Source of the DNA: the human T2T-CHM13v2.0 reference genome, Homo sapiens
NCBI RefSeq assembly: GCF_009914755.1
Contig: NC_060932.1
Length of the DNA stretch: 64,000 nt
Reading direction: 5' to 3' (one strand)
Under the pieces are notes generated by a model. The model did no database searches. It was not told where the DNA came from and saw only the letters and a list, made by a program, of their open reading frames with translations. The position numbers were made by a program, and so were the translations under genes. Below are positions 40,330-54,843 of this stretch, in pieces (positions within the stretch are counted from its first letter, which is position 1; the number at the start of each line of letters is the position of its first letter).

Positions 40330-41730
40330 ATTTCAGCATAAACCCATTCCCATTGCTGAAATAGCAGTGGCCTCATCCATCATAGGAGCATAACCCTTGG
40401 GAGTTCTCTTGGGTGAAGAGCTCCATGACACTGAGCCTGCTCTGGGATCGTTTTGGTGGCTCATATGTTTTCCCAGTCGAAGACAATGAATTCCATGTTG
40501 TTGAAAGCTTTCATTCTACCTTCAAGTCTTCAGACACGCAGATTCTCCTCTCCCTCCCTCCACCAGATTCTAGCTCAAGCTCTACTCATCCCATGAAGTT
40601 TTGCCCCTTGAATCCAGCCCATATTGATGTCATGTTCCTCTGCTTTGCTGTAGTTGTAATAGGATGATAAATCCAAAGGCCTGTAGAGGCCAATTTAGTA
40701 AAGTAAATAAAGAAAACTGCCCAGGGTGAGAAATGAAATCCCAGGATCACTAGATCCTTCCACTTTTAAAGAAGCTATAGTTTCCCAGAGTTAAGTTCCC
40801 ACCGTCACTGATCTCTTTAGCTTTTTGCTCCTTCCTTTCAGGAATTCAAAGGAAGAATGTGGTCTCCAGGGGCATTCCCAGCCCTACCATCTCCCCTCTG
40901 GGTGCCCTCCTTCACTGCAGTTCACCCTGTAGACTTTATTCACATCACCACCAAGGTGATTCCCTGACAATGTGAACCTCAGTGAGAGGTGAACAGAGAG
41001 GACTCCCTGCTCCTCCTCTTTCAGACCCAGGAGCTGTCTTTAGCCCCATTCTGAAGACCACCCTTTTCCTGTATTTCCATCCGGGCTTTGGTCAAGTAAG
41101 CATTCCTAAATCCCTTAGAGATGAGGGCTCTTCTCCTTTCTGGGTCTAGGGCTACATCATTTTGCCTTCAGGTTTGAATTGCTGTTCCTTCAGCCTCATT
41201 TCTCACTGATTGCACTGTTTTCCCTGGAGATGGCTTTGAGGACATCCTGGAGGAGCCGTGCTGGGGTGTCAGCCTGCCACCCTCCCCTGGGCAGCTGCCC
41301 TGCCTGCCTTCTTAACCTCACGTTGGACTTTCCTGTTTTCTCTCCCTTTCATTCATCTTTGCCAAGAGATGATTCTTTTAACACCCTGACTCTGGATCAA
41401 ATTGTTTTCTATCTCCTGAAGCTTCTCTTCATTTGAGCTTCTCTTCACTTTTGACTTTTTTTGCTCATCGCTATTTGAAAACGGAGCTATTTCTACTTCT
41501 TTGAATTCTGAATGTTCTTCTAAGGGATCCAAATAACCATCAACATGTAAGAAAAGCTGTCTCTGTCTTTCTCTGAGTTCTTCTCTAATCACTGAGAGAA
41601 CTATAGGATATACACAGTCATCTTTGAAAAACCCATCTCTTGGGTAGTCTCTTGACCTCCCAGTCCCTTTGTAGGAACATCTCTGCTGAAGCCTGTCCCT
41701 AGCATAGACAGGCTGTTCTTGCTTTAGAGC
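40330..41730 (-). pseudogene. Candidate decayed coding exons of an unidentified gene
   Basis: Non-repeat block containing a 144-codon open frame (41353..41787) and further open stretches broken mainly by TGA stops; GT-AG intron-like segment 40802..40681 with a strong pyrimidine tract; no homolog recognised. Confidence 0.3.
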
Positions 41731-42584
41731 CTGAAATGTGTGCGTCTCTTTTCCTTGACTCAGAAGAAATGAATTTAAGAGATACATATTGTTTTAATCA
41801 AAAACTTTTTTTCATTTAACCAGTAATACAGATAGTTTCAAGCTATCATCCTTTCTCTTCTTCCCTGGGACAAACATCACTTATTCCAGTAAGCAGGAAA
41901 GATATTTTATGGCTTCAATGACGCACATTTTATCAAGCTGTCAACTAAACTTTGTGAATTATTTGTATGGAGTATTTTGGTGTTGATGTCTGGGGGCAAG
42001 GTCAGGTCAGGATTGCTAAAGACGAGACTAGGAGACTTCATCAACCAGATTGTGAAGATTCTTGAATACCATATAAAAGGGTCTGGAATTTTACCTAGAG
42101 AGAACACATACATTTAGGTAAGAGTGCTAGGTTTTAGAATAAAATAATGTGATGGCAGGAAGGAAGATGATTTTTAAAGATAGAAACTAGGATTAGGAAG
42201 ACAAGCCATGGTCATGGATACAGAAAATAGTGACAGATTTGAGGGAAAGAATTGGCAGGATTTGAGGTAGGTGAGGAAAAGGGAGGGATTCTATTTGGTG
42301 GGGGGGATTTCAGATATAAAGAGAAAGATGGATGATTTGAGAGCAGGATGGTTGCTCTAAAGGTAAACTTTCAGATGGTTCTAAAGTCATCTCTGCAGTA
42401 GGCTATTTCTTCAGAGGTCTAGTGGACTTCTCACAGACCACCAGGAGAACAAATGAAAAGTCTTGGTGGCTGAGGCCACCTCCTTTCCCCACTTTGTAAA
42501 ACAGGAGGAATATAAGGGTGCCTTCATGGGATAACTGTTCACAAAGCTATCTGAACTCTGGTTAGAAACACAAAGAAATTATAA

Positions 42585-42705
42585 ATGTTTGAGTTGATTG
42601 ATATGCTAATTACCCTGATTTGATAACTATACATTATACATATCAAAACATCACTATGTACTCCATATATATCTGCAATTTTATGTGTCAATTAAAATTT
42701 TTTAA
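42585..42705 (+). mobile_element. L1MA-type 3' terminal fragment
   Basis: aaatgtttgag..gatatgctaattaccctgatttgat...aaacatcactatgtac...tgtcaattaaaa. Confidence 0.85.
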
Positions 42706-43399
42706 AAATCTGTTAATTAGAGTCTATTGGAAATTTCACTACTGGCATTAAAAATCAGAGCCTGTGCTGCTGAAATTTATATTCTCCACTGGTAACCTAG
42801 GAATTGAAGTGCTGTTCAAGTTTTCAAAAACAAGCATGAAGCATTAAGAAAAATGCAATTGTCAACAGAAGGAAGTAAAATAGAAAGTAGATACAACTCC
42901 CTATGATCAGCCTGAGGTAGAGTCAGACCCTGGCCAAACCCACAGCAAACTTCATAAATTTAAAAATAATTTTCTAAGTGCTTACAAATCCATTGTATTA
43001 TGATCTTTTTTTAAAAAGGAAAAGTCATTTTATCCCCCTGTTATCTAATGCTATCTATCATCTAATAGATACTCTTGAGGAAAAACATCTGTTAATACCC
43101 CTGAGCATTCTTCATTGTACCCTAAACACATGAGAATTCCCTTTCGTAAGTAATTGACCTTCATTATCATTGTGACATTATTCTTATTCTGGGAACCAAG
43201 CTCTCTGATTGGGAGTCCCACCCTGGGTTAACCTTAGTCCCTATGGTTCCTTCCTTTAGCCAAGTTTTTGTTTGTTTTGTTTTGTTTTGCTTCCAGGACT
43301 CTCCACCATCCCATTCATGTACCCCTCCCGATAGGGGGTTAGTGGCCACACCTGGCCTGCAAACCTGAAGATTTAAGATGCACAGTGTCGCTATTTGAC

Positions 43400-44935
43400 C
43401 TTCATTTTTGGAGGCTATAGGATTTTAGAGTGATAGCTTTTCTCTTTCAACACTCTAAAGCTGTTCTATTTTTCTTTTCTGGTTTGCATTGTTTCTGATG
43501 AGGTCTGCAGTTTCCCTTATTTGTTTCATAGTATTATTTATTATTGTAAAGTTTCTTCTTTCCTCTGGCTGTTTGTAAGATTTTATTTTATCTTCTCTTT
43601 CTAGTAATTTTATTATGATGTATATTTATGTGGTTACTATTCTGGGGAGTTTGCCAAGATTCTTAGATCTGTTAGGTTACAGTTTTCAAAAAGTGTCAAA
43701 CAATTTGTCCATTGGTTCTTCAATTTTTTTTCTCCTTCTACCTTGTTTTGGACTTCAGTAATATATATGTTAGACTAATTATTATTGTCCTATGGGTCGC
43801 TGGCTCTCTATTTCTTTATTTTTTTTCAGTCTTTTTAAATATCTATTCCTCAGTTTGTATAACTTCTATTGCTCTATCTTTAAATTTACTAATTTTCTCT
43901 TTTACAGTATCTAATCAGCTGATAATTCTGTCTAGCATGCTGATAATTCTATCCATGGAATTTTTTTTATTTTCATAATTTTTAGCTGTAAAAGTTCTGT
44001 TTTATTCTTTTTCAATCTTCTATTTTTCTCATTAGTTTCATGGTTATTCCTCTAAATCTATCAACATATTTATGAAAGCAATTGTAAAGTCTACTAAATT
44101 GATCATGTCTGTTATTTCTGGATCTATTTCTGCCATGAATATTTCTCCAGGTTATACTGAACATTTTTCTTTACATACCTCAACATTTTTGTTTGGATGT
44201 TGAATATTAAATTATCAGGTCTAGATTTTGTTGTCTTCTCCTTAAAGAACATTGAACAATTTTGTTTTGGCAGATACTTAAGTAATTTGCAAATCAACTT
44301 GATCCTTTCAAGTCTACTTTTAAAATTTTGTTAGGTCAGATCTAGAGTAGCCTTTACCTTAGAGTTGGTTCAGCTCTAATACTAAGATATGATTCTTCTG
44401 GAGTCTCTCCTGAATATCTGAGTTTCTAATGCATTGTCTCTAAGAACTTTAATGTCTCCCAACCCTGTGTAAGCTCTAGGAATTTGTCAGATTAAAACTC
44501 ACCAGTAGTTTTGGCATACTATGTATGACAGTTTCACCCACACATGTCCAGTGTACTACGGGCATCAGGTCAAGTGGACTTAGATGCAGAGTTCTGAAGT
44601 TCTACTTCTGTATACGTTTCTCTCCTCAGGTACTCTGTCATCTGAATTCCAACCTCCTTTGCCTCCTCTAATTTCAGCATCTGTATTTTAAGTTAAGGGA
44701 GAACTTCCTGCTTTACTTGAATTTCTTTCCTTGTCCCATGATCTGGACATGCTTCTAGGTAGAAATCCAGAACCAATGCAGGGCTCACTGCATTTACCTT
44801 TTCTCATGGATCACAGTCCTGAACTTCATTTTATCAAAGATCTAAAAACAGCTATTTCATATTGTTTTTTAATATTTTATTTATGATGCAAAGGCAAGTC
44901 CAGTAGAAGTTACTCTGATATGGCCAGAAGTGGAA
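43400..44935 (-). mobile_element. Ancient L1M (L1ME/L1M5-like) ORF1/5' region relic
   Basis: T-rich antisense L1 text (ttgcattgtttctgatgag, ctctggctgtttgtaagatttt, tggccagaagtggaa); boundaries approximate. Confidence 0.65.
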
Positions 44936-44980
44936 ATCTTATCTGCATAATGTATTAAAATTCAAGATTTACATAAAAAT

Positions 44981-44982
<2 letters not shown>

Positions 44983-45025
<43 letters not shown>
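44983..45025. repeat. (AT)21 microsatellite
   Basis: Uninterrupted AT run. Confidence 0.97.
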
Positions 45026-45027
<2 letters not shown>

Positions 45028-45647
45028 CTCTTTTTGAAAAGTAGAAAGATCTAAACAGTTCTACCTTTCATGAAATTTATTGACTGAAGTTGATTTGCAA
45101 GTGTCCACTTCTTGGTTGAATATGCATGCCCAAGTTTTCTCATTTCCACCAAGATAATGTCACTCATTTTGCCTGCTGCTTTTATTCTATAACTACAACC
45201 ACAAATTTATTCTATAAAGTAATACTAGTCAGTATTTTTGATCAAATGATGACAATCTTTCCAATGCAGGTAAAAAAGCAAAACTTTAAAATGATAGCAT
45301 TTTATACAATATTCCAAAACATATACCATCAAGCGTTACAGGAATATGCAAGATATTATGGTGGCACAAAGATAGCAATGAAACACATTTTGAATTGAAT
45401 AACAATTTTTAAGTATTTTGAGATGGCAATATTGAAGAGGAAGCTATCTAGCTACTTGTTTACCTGTAAGATAAATATGGTGAAAAGAAATTGTTGGAAG
45501 ATGCTTACTAATGCACAGTTGTTAGCATATTGTTCCCAAAATGGCATTGATGATGATCATTAATCATGACTAGTTTGGCTGTTTTCATCCAAATCCTGTC
45601 CTATACTCTTTACTAAATCTGGATGTCCTGTTTTTGCAGCCCCATTA

Positions 45648-46043
<396 letters not shown>

Positions 46044-46055
46044 TTACTGACTTGA

Positions 46056-46780
46056 CCTTGACCTTCATAGTTTCTCTCCTATCTCTTCCTACTCTTTGTA
46101 TTACCGATGTCTATCTTTGCTCAGTCCCTGCTTCCCCAGCTAGTTTCCACAATAAATATTGCCAAATATTAATCTTCCTAATATAAACTGGTGTCATATT
46201 ACTTCCCTGGTTACAAACCTTCTGTGTTTCCTCATGGTTTATAGAATGAACTAAAAACTTCCTAGTCTTTCAAGGTCTACCACAATTTAGCCACAGACTT
46301 GCTCTCATCTTATTTCTTACTATTCTCATTTATGTATATTACCTCTAAGATATCAAGAAATGTTAATTAGAGCTGAAATAAATATGTATCCTAAAGAGGC
46401 CTCGAATCTTTCAAATTCCTCCTTACTTTGTCCATGCCATTGCCTCTGTTTGATGTGTTTATACCAGTATTTTATGGGTCCAAACTCTACTGTTACTCAA
46501 AATTCAGCTCAGTTACTAACCCGTATATATCTTCCCCATTTCCCCCATTTTAAAGCTTTTCTTCTGACTATGGGACAACTTTAGCAATTTATCTGTTTGT
46601 ATTGAGTTGCAACTTATCACTTATTACCTTGTATTATTGTTATTTGCATACACATATATTCTTACATGTCTTGATAATGGATTATTTCCCTGAAGGCAGG
46701 ATTCATGTTCATTATTCTGTCCTTTACATCCCCTTGCATGGTACCTTGTTGGTCCTTGATAAATATTAAGAGGATGAATA
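46056..46780 (+). mobile_element. L2 LINE 3' relic
   Basis: catattacttccctggttacaaaccttctgtg...ccctgaaggcaggattcatg...ttgataaatatt...gatgaat L2 tail. Confidence 0.6.
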
Positions 46781-49173
46781 CTTCTCTGAGTTCTGTGATG
46801 CAGTCTTCTAACACTATCACTTTCATTGCAAGTAAATATGTTGGTTACCAGAATAATCATATACATTTAGTATTTTTTCCTTCCGTTTACTTTTTAATAT
46901 TCACATATATTCACGTTTATTATGGTAATATCGAACTCTGACATTGTCCTCAGTACAATTTTGTGTTTTATAAGGGGCCTGATTTGAAAAAAAGAAGGAA
47001 GAGAAACCAAAGATCTGAAACCCACAGGCTCTTTTCTTAATCATGAATCTTGGCAGTGAGAGTTGCAATATGTTGCCACCTATTAATTAAATCTGTACTC
47101 TGGTGAATTGGCCAAGAGAGAGAACATTAAAAAAAAAAAGAAAGAAAATAACTAAGAAGGATGAGGAGCATAATAAGTCTAGGAAACCACTTGAGTAATC
47201 AGAAACTTTCATGTAGAAATACCCCGGCCATACCTTTTTCCTAGGGGCTGTGAGAAAACTGCAGGGAAGTCTGAAGGCCAAGAAAGAACCTAAAATTTTG
47301 GCTGGTGAGTCACCACTAAAATATTACATAGCCTCAAAACATGTTAATAAATAACACTGAACCAAAAGTAAGAGCCAATTATGAGCTTAATCAGAAACAG
47401 AGAGTAAGATATGGATGAAATTTTAGAGACCATCTAGATTTCAGAACATTGCTAATCATTACTGAAAAACAGATCTCTTGGAACATCTGTTGACAGCTAT
47501 GAACCCTGCCTTTAGGAAAATGCACATAAAAACAAAATTAGTCTTAGGTTGAGATCTTTTGATTCAGAGCACATTTCATCATTAAAGGCATGAAAAACAC
47601 ATTTCGGGAAGAGCTGGCAATCAGCTCAAGATCACATAGGAAGTTAGTGACAGGGAGGTAGTGTCTGAAAAGTGCCTACAGAACTCAAGCTCCTGTCTTG
47701 GGATTCATCCAACACATTTTCTCTCATGTGTAGTAGCATTCCATGCATAAAGTAATCGATTTTATTTGAGTAAAACTTGCTTAGTTTTTTGCTTTCTAGA
47801 AGGGAAACCAAAATAAAAATGTAATGTCTTTTGTGCTAGGCACTATACTGGGTCCTTCCACATGTACCATTTTACTACTCCCACAGCCATAGATAATATT
47901 CTTATTTCACAACGAGGAAATGAATATTAAGAGAGATTAAGGTGACTTTCCCAAATCAATACAGATACTATAAAATAGGGTTTAGATATGAAGCCATAGC
48001 TCTACCTCAGTTTTGGTGATTTCTTTTTTCTATGCCTCCTTACCTTTCACTCTGCTATGCTGATTCTCTGGGAAGGCTTCTTTTGATCTGGCAAATGAAA
48101 TAAGGCTTACTGATACTACTACAACAAAAATGATTGCACACATTTAAAGACATAAGAACTTTATATAGAAAAGCCACCAACAGAACTGTTTGGGAATGTC
48201 TGTATACCTTCTCTGGCACAATTTTTCCAGTTATTATTTGAGCTAAGTGTACCCATTTCTTTCCTCCCTGTTTAAAATATTATCCAGCACTGACCACACA
48301 GCTGGTAGAACTGTTTTGGAGAACCACCCATTAATATGTACCAAAAGCCTTAAAATTTTGCCTGCATTCTGTCCTGGGAATTCTACTTCTATTAATTTAT
48401 CCTAAGGAAATCATTGACCAACAAATAGCCAACAAATGTATGAACATGAATGTCTAAAATAGTTTATTATGACTTAAAAATTATAATATGAAACAAACTA
48501 GGGATCTAGAAATAGAAAAGTATGGCATATTCATACAACGTTAAATATGCAGCCATTAGAAGTGATGTTGTAGATATATGTTTATTGAAATGTAAATATT
48601 CTCATGGTGTAATTTCATAGCTAAGGGTTGTATTGTACCTGAATTATTGTTTTTAAACTCTATTACATGACCATGTATTATTGACCTATTATTGATACAT
48701 ATATACATTGTTTCCATTTTTTAATGTACTATAATGATCTTCATGTGGGATCTAGGCAGTGACTCTACCTTGTTCACTTCTTTTCCAAATACCTTTCCTT
48801 CTAAAGAAAGGGGTCTCTATGCCTTTACTTTCGTCTTATGGGAACTTCCCTATGTGGCAATTTACATTCTATCCACACTACTGATAATGGTAAAACCTTA
48901 TCATCTAGGTTAGTCAGATTTAGCACTTGAAATACAAAAGAGAGATTATGAAACTTAGAAACTCTCTTCCCCACTCACCAAACCTTGGCTTCCAAGACAA
49001 TTTCTTTGCTGTGGAATCAAAAATTCTATTTTTGAAGTAGAAATCTGAATATTGGCTCTTTCTCTTTGAGCTTCTGCTTTAAAATCTTAATTTGTCCCCA
49101 GATCAATGGAGGCCTCCACATGAATAGGTTACAAAGATATGGGAAAAGATAAAAGTATATTTATTCATATTTT

Positions 49174-49260
49174 AGCACACCAACATGGTGCATGTATACA
49201 TATGTAACAAACCTGCACATTGTGCACATGTACCCTAGAACTTAAAGTATAATAAAAAAA
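49174..49260 (+). mobile_element. Very short L1PA3-5-like 3' tail
   Basis: agcacaccaacatggtgcatgtatacatatgtaacaaacctgcacattgtgcacatgtaccctagaacttaaagtataataaaaaaa. Confidence 0.92.
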
Positions 49261-49564
49261 ATTAACCCCATTAATCATTAACTTTATTGTTTAATTTGAA
49301 AGGGAGAAGGATCTTTATAATGAGCTTTTCTATACAAGCACATGCTGTATCTTTTAAATTAGTTAGGTCTTCTTATATATCCTAAAATATGTTATAATTT
49401 TCTTCACAAACATACATTTATTATCACATTTATTTCTAGGCAGCACAGAGTGGTGGTTGCTGTTGTGTGATCTTTTCCTTCTCCATTTTATTTTCAAATT
49501 ATTGACAGTGTTTTGGAAAATAACTTATTTTTTAAGTTCATCTTGTACATAGCTGCCTTGTTGA

Positions 49565-49921
<357 letters not shown>

Positions 49922-51513
49922 TAGACATTGTGAGTGATTCTTCTCTTGTATGCCCTAGATAGACAATAGTGACTATCTTATCTCTTTCTTTTTAATATGT
50001 GTTTCACTTATTTCTCATTGTGTGTTTTACATTAGTTAGAACCTTAGGGAAAATAAGAAAGTGTTGAAGTGTAGCTGTGATATAGGATAACTAGATCACT
50101 TTTTTAAGCTTAAAAAAACCCCTTTACTATAAATGGCTAATAGTTTACAATTAGGTGTCATGTTTCTGTTAGTTATCCATCCAGGCTATGGGATTTTCTT
50201 TCCGTTCCAAGTGACAAAGTATTTTAATTTTAAAAAGAATCAGAAATGGGTGGTATCTATCATTAAGATAATCATGTTTTTTCTCCCTTAGCTTTTGGTC
50301 TATTGAATTACATGGATGGATTTCCCAATGTTCAAACCTTCTTATATTCCTCAGTAAATCCTAATTGGTCACAGTATATTATTAGATTTAACTTGTGAAT
50401 ACTTTGGTATTTTGTATCATAGCGTTTGCTAGCAAGACTGGCCTATAGTTGGGATGATGTCCATCAATTTCTATGCTTTGGAATAGTTGATGTAACATAA
50501 GAATTACATTCTCCTGGATATTTTGGTACACTATAATGCCAAGGGAGAAAAGCAATTTATTGACCATTATGTATAATATGATCCATTCTTGAAAATACAA
50601 ATACACATATGACAAAATCTGAAGGAACATATCAAAGGTTAATAATATTTCTGAGAAGCTTCATTATTGTTGTTTTTTCTTGCTTTTTCTCAACTATAAT
50701 TTTTAGTATGTCTATAGTGGATGCAGACATTCTGGGGGAAATATAGGAGGGTCAAATGTTATATGGGGTAGAAATATAAAAAGCATGGTAGTTAGAAGCC
50801 ACTGATTCTGGGAATATGCTCTGAGCTCTCCAAGCAAGAGCATCTTGCACTAAAGATTTCTGTGCCAAACTCTCTGCTCCAGATAACAGATCCCCGTTTC
50901 CAGAACCTGCACCCTATATCTGTACTCACCTCCAAATTTTGACCTGGCTCCTGCTAGTCTGACCCTTTTGTAGACCTTCTGATACCAGTCTCTTTATAGA
51001 TACTGCATTTTTTTCTGACGTTTGGGCATCTTTTGGCTATGGCAGTGCCCCCTGTACCCACTGTCCTCTCATGGCTTCATTCATGTGGTCATAACTCATC
51101 TCACTGCCTCTCAGTTGGGAGCTGACACTTGATTTGGTAAAGGAAACAGTGTGAGAGTGTCTGGGTCTCCTTTCTTTAGCCTTATATCAAGCTCTTTCTC
51201 AGATATATACTTTGCTTCATCTGAATTAAAAAAAAAACCCATGAGGAATCATGGCTACTAACTGAAATTTACTTTTATTTTTTGACTTGAAAGCAAAACA
51301 GTGATTTTCCCCAGTGAGTCTATCGATACGGGATAAAGTACTGTAGCTTCAGAGTTCTTATTTGGTCTTTCCAAAGTTTTATACTTTAGAGTTAGGATTC
51401 TCAGTAGATTTTCCAGTCATTTAGAAATAACCCAGGGCAGCAAATATGATCTGCTTTAATAGGATGAACGAGTTTAGGCTACAGCACATTGCAGCTTGGG
51501 GAATCCTGCTCAC

Positions 51514-51578
51514 CTTATCTATCCCTCTCTTTATGGTCTGCGGATACCGCATGGTGAGTATTCTCAGAATTGCCAAGT
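51514..51578 (-). other. Candidate small exon (xLAILRILTMRYPQTIKRGIDK)
   Basis: Minus strand tttgcag|AC...GATAAG|gtgagc; strong donor, weak acceptor; open frame containing ACCATGC; retained CpGs. Confidence 0.25.
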
Positions 51579-51879
51579 CTGCAAACATACTGCCACTTAA
51601 AGCAGTCTCCTTGGTCAGAAAGGTGCTTTCTCCCATATGTTCTCAGAGGACTGATAGAGGTGTCCCCCTGGAGTTATGAAAATTAAGTCTTCCCTTCTTT
51701 CTAGTCATTTGACATAAGGCAATTTTAGTCTCTGTGTCTCATGTTTAAGGGCCTTCCTCTGAAATCTGAAAAACTCGTTTTAAATTGTTAGGGTGTTGCA
51801 GTTTCTTACCATATTTCAGGCAAAGTTCTTCCCACTCGGGTCATCAGCCTCACCTTTGTGGGATTCCAAATTGAGTGGC

Positions 51880-52135
51880 AATACAGTGTAGCAGTTAAGA
51901 AAATGGACTCTAGAATGGATTGCCTGGGTTCAAAATGGCCACCACAACTTTAATTGTGTCTACTTGACCAAATTAATTTTTCTTTTTTCACCCTTCTTTC
52001 TCAATCTGTAAAATTGGGGAAAATAATAGCACCTACTTTATTATGTTGTTGGGAAATGTAAATGAGAAAATTTTTTAAAAGTTCTAAGCAAGAGTGTCTG
52101 GCATATGGCAATTTGTCAGTAAGTGCTATCTCTTC
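51880..52135 (+). mobile_element. MIR SINE
   Basis: cagtgtagcagttaaga...tgcctgggttcaaa...atctgtaaaattggggaaaataatagcacctac...gtctggcatatgg. Confidence 0.75.
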
Positions 52136-53132
52136 TTATTTTCATCAAGTGAAGGTGTACCCAAGGCAATGTTCAGAAACATTGGCTCCTGGCACAGGAG
52201 TCATGCCCCAACCTCATTGCTCTCATTGTGCAAACACACCTTCCCTGTCCATTGCAGAATTCCATACCTGCTCCACAGGCTCACAGTTTTGCTCTCCATA
52301 GCATCAGCTGAGAATCTGAAAACAAAACATCCTGTTCTCATAGTTTTTCAACCTCTTCATCTTCGGTGACCTTCTCTTTCGCTCATGCCTTGCCATCTGC
52401 ACTCATAACCACACTGATTATCACTAGAAACTGTATCATCTTTTAATTTGTTAATTGATGCTCACTTCCTAACACAACATCCGCCCTTCCTCTTAACTTT
52501 CTAAAATGTCCTCACCTCCACAGGACTTGGACCTCATCCAATACTGCCTAATGCCCTCTCCCTATCATTTTCAGTCGCTGAGTTCCTTCTGTTCTTCTCC
52601 TGTCTCCGTATTCAGCTAGATTTTGTGATATTCCATTATGTTCCTGCTCTTGTCCAGCTCATCTTCCATTGTACCTCCTTCCAAAAATGCCAGCTCTTTG
52701 ATAAATCTAACCTCCAGTACTCAGTGCTCAGGACACCTTAATGAAAATAAGGGGGAAAAAAGCTGAGATAAATAGGTAGAACAAGAGAAAAGAAAAATCT
52801 CTGCCTAAGAGGGAAGGTATTCCAGATGATCTTGTTATGGGATTTTCATATATATATACATTCTAGCAATCTAACATGACAGCCTTAAATTGCTGACTCA
52901 TAGCATTACTTAGAAATGAATTTGAACCTTGGAAAACTGCAGAGTTCAGTTTGTAATTTTCCAAACCTCTTGATCTCAAATTCAAAATGTAAATTTTATA
53001 AGATTAGACTTCAAAAGACTTCACTGTAATATAGTACTTAACAATTATTGGGAGGTGGAAGGGGCTGTATCATGTCTTCCATAATCACATATTTGGTCCT
53101 TTTCAAATATTCCAAAAAGCCATTTGAAAATG

Positions 53133-53134
<2 letters not shown>

Positions 53135-53174
<40 letters not shown>
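53135..53174. repeat. (GT)20 microsatellite
   Basis: Uninterrupted GT run. Confidence 0.97.
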
Positions 53175-53176
<2 letters not shown>

Positions 53177-53819
53177 TTTGTATTAGGGAAGAAGTTAGAA
53201 TACACCTTATGAGGAAAAAAGAAACAAAAAACACAAACAAATTTAGAGAAACAAATCATATTGATTGTTCATTATGTGCCGTGTCTAATAGTCTCACTAT
53301 ATTTTAAAAAGAACTAGTTCCAGCTTAAAAAAAAAAATAAGGGAATAAGGCTCAAGTTCCTTTTCTCTCCATACAAGCTTGTTTTCTAAACTCAACTCAC
53401 ATATTTTTTTAAAAGACACTTTTCACACACTGGATAAATGCCTCACTCTGCACTGAGTGGTGAAATGAGGGCAGGTCAGGGGGAGAGCTATGTCTGGCAA
53501 TCCACCTGCCTCTGTTAAGAACTTTTATTATCCATGAAATTTATCTTTGGCACTTTCTTTTCTAAATAAATTTTCCATCTCTGCTTGCATCAGAAATGAA
53601 AAGACTGAAACCACGTTCTTTGCCAGCTTTTTACTTTTTATGAAAACAGTTAGTACCTTTTACAAGAGAATTTAATTTGCAATGGTGTCTTCACTGCAAG
53701 TAGAGAGAATGAAGGAAGATAAAGGAAGACAAAGGAGAAGAAATGAGGATCAAGAGGGAACAGATGGCAGAATAGCATCTACAGTGTGCCCAGCATCCTG
53801 CTCAGAGCTTTAGCAGGTG

Positions 53820-54442
<623 letters not shown>

Positions 54443-54843
54443 AAGTAAGATGCTTCCCCGCCTGAAAGAAGACATATGGCTATCACATGCAGGTAGGCAA
54501 TGAAGGTCACACCTCTGATAATTCTTCTTTTCTTTACTGTGAATCCACCCTGCCCCAGTCTCCTGCATATCTGGTCATTCAAGTGCACAAATAGGAAAAT
54601 AGAACGTTAGAGAGGGAAAAGATCTTAGAGCTTCCCCTGCTCCTAACTTTATGTTATATACAGATAAAGAAACTGAGGCTCAGGGATGGGACACTTCGAG
54701 GACACAGAGTTATTGACATTGCTGATTTGAACTAAAGCCTTTGACTTCTCTCCAAACTTTCTGATGGAGCATGAAAGCAAGAAATTACGGAGTAAAAATT
54801 ATTCTTTCTAAGAAAATATATATATTTGATTCTTCTAATAGAT

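Noticed and set aside
43918-43957. Short imperfect tandem duplications (gctgataattct x2; also taattacaatg near 54965)
   Set aside because: Small slippage events inside old repeats; common and uninformative.
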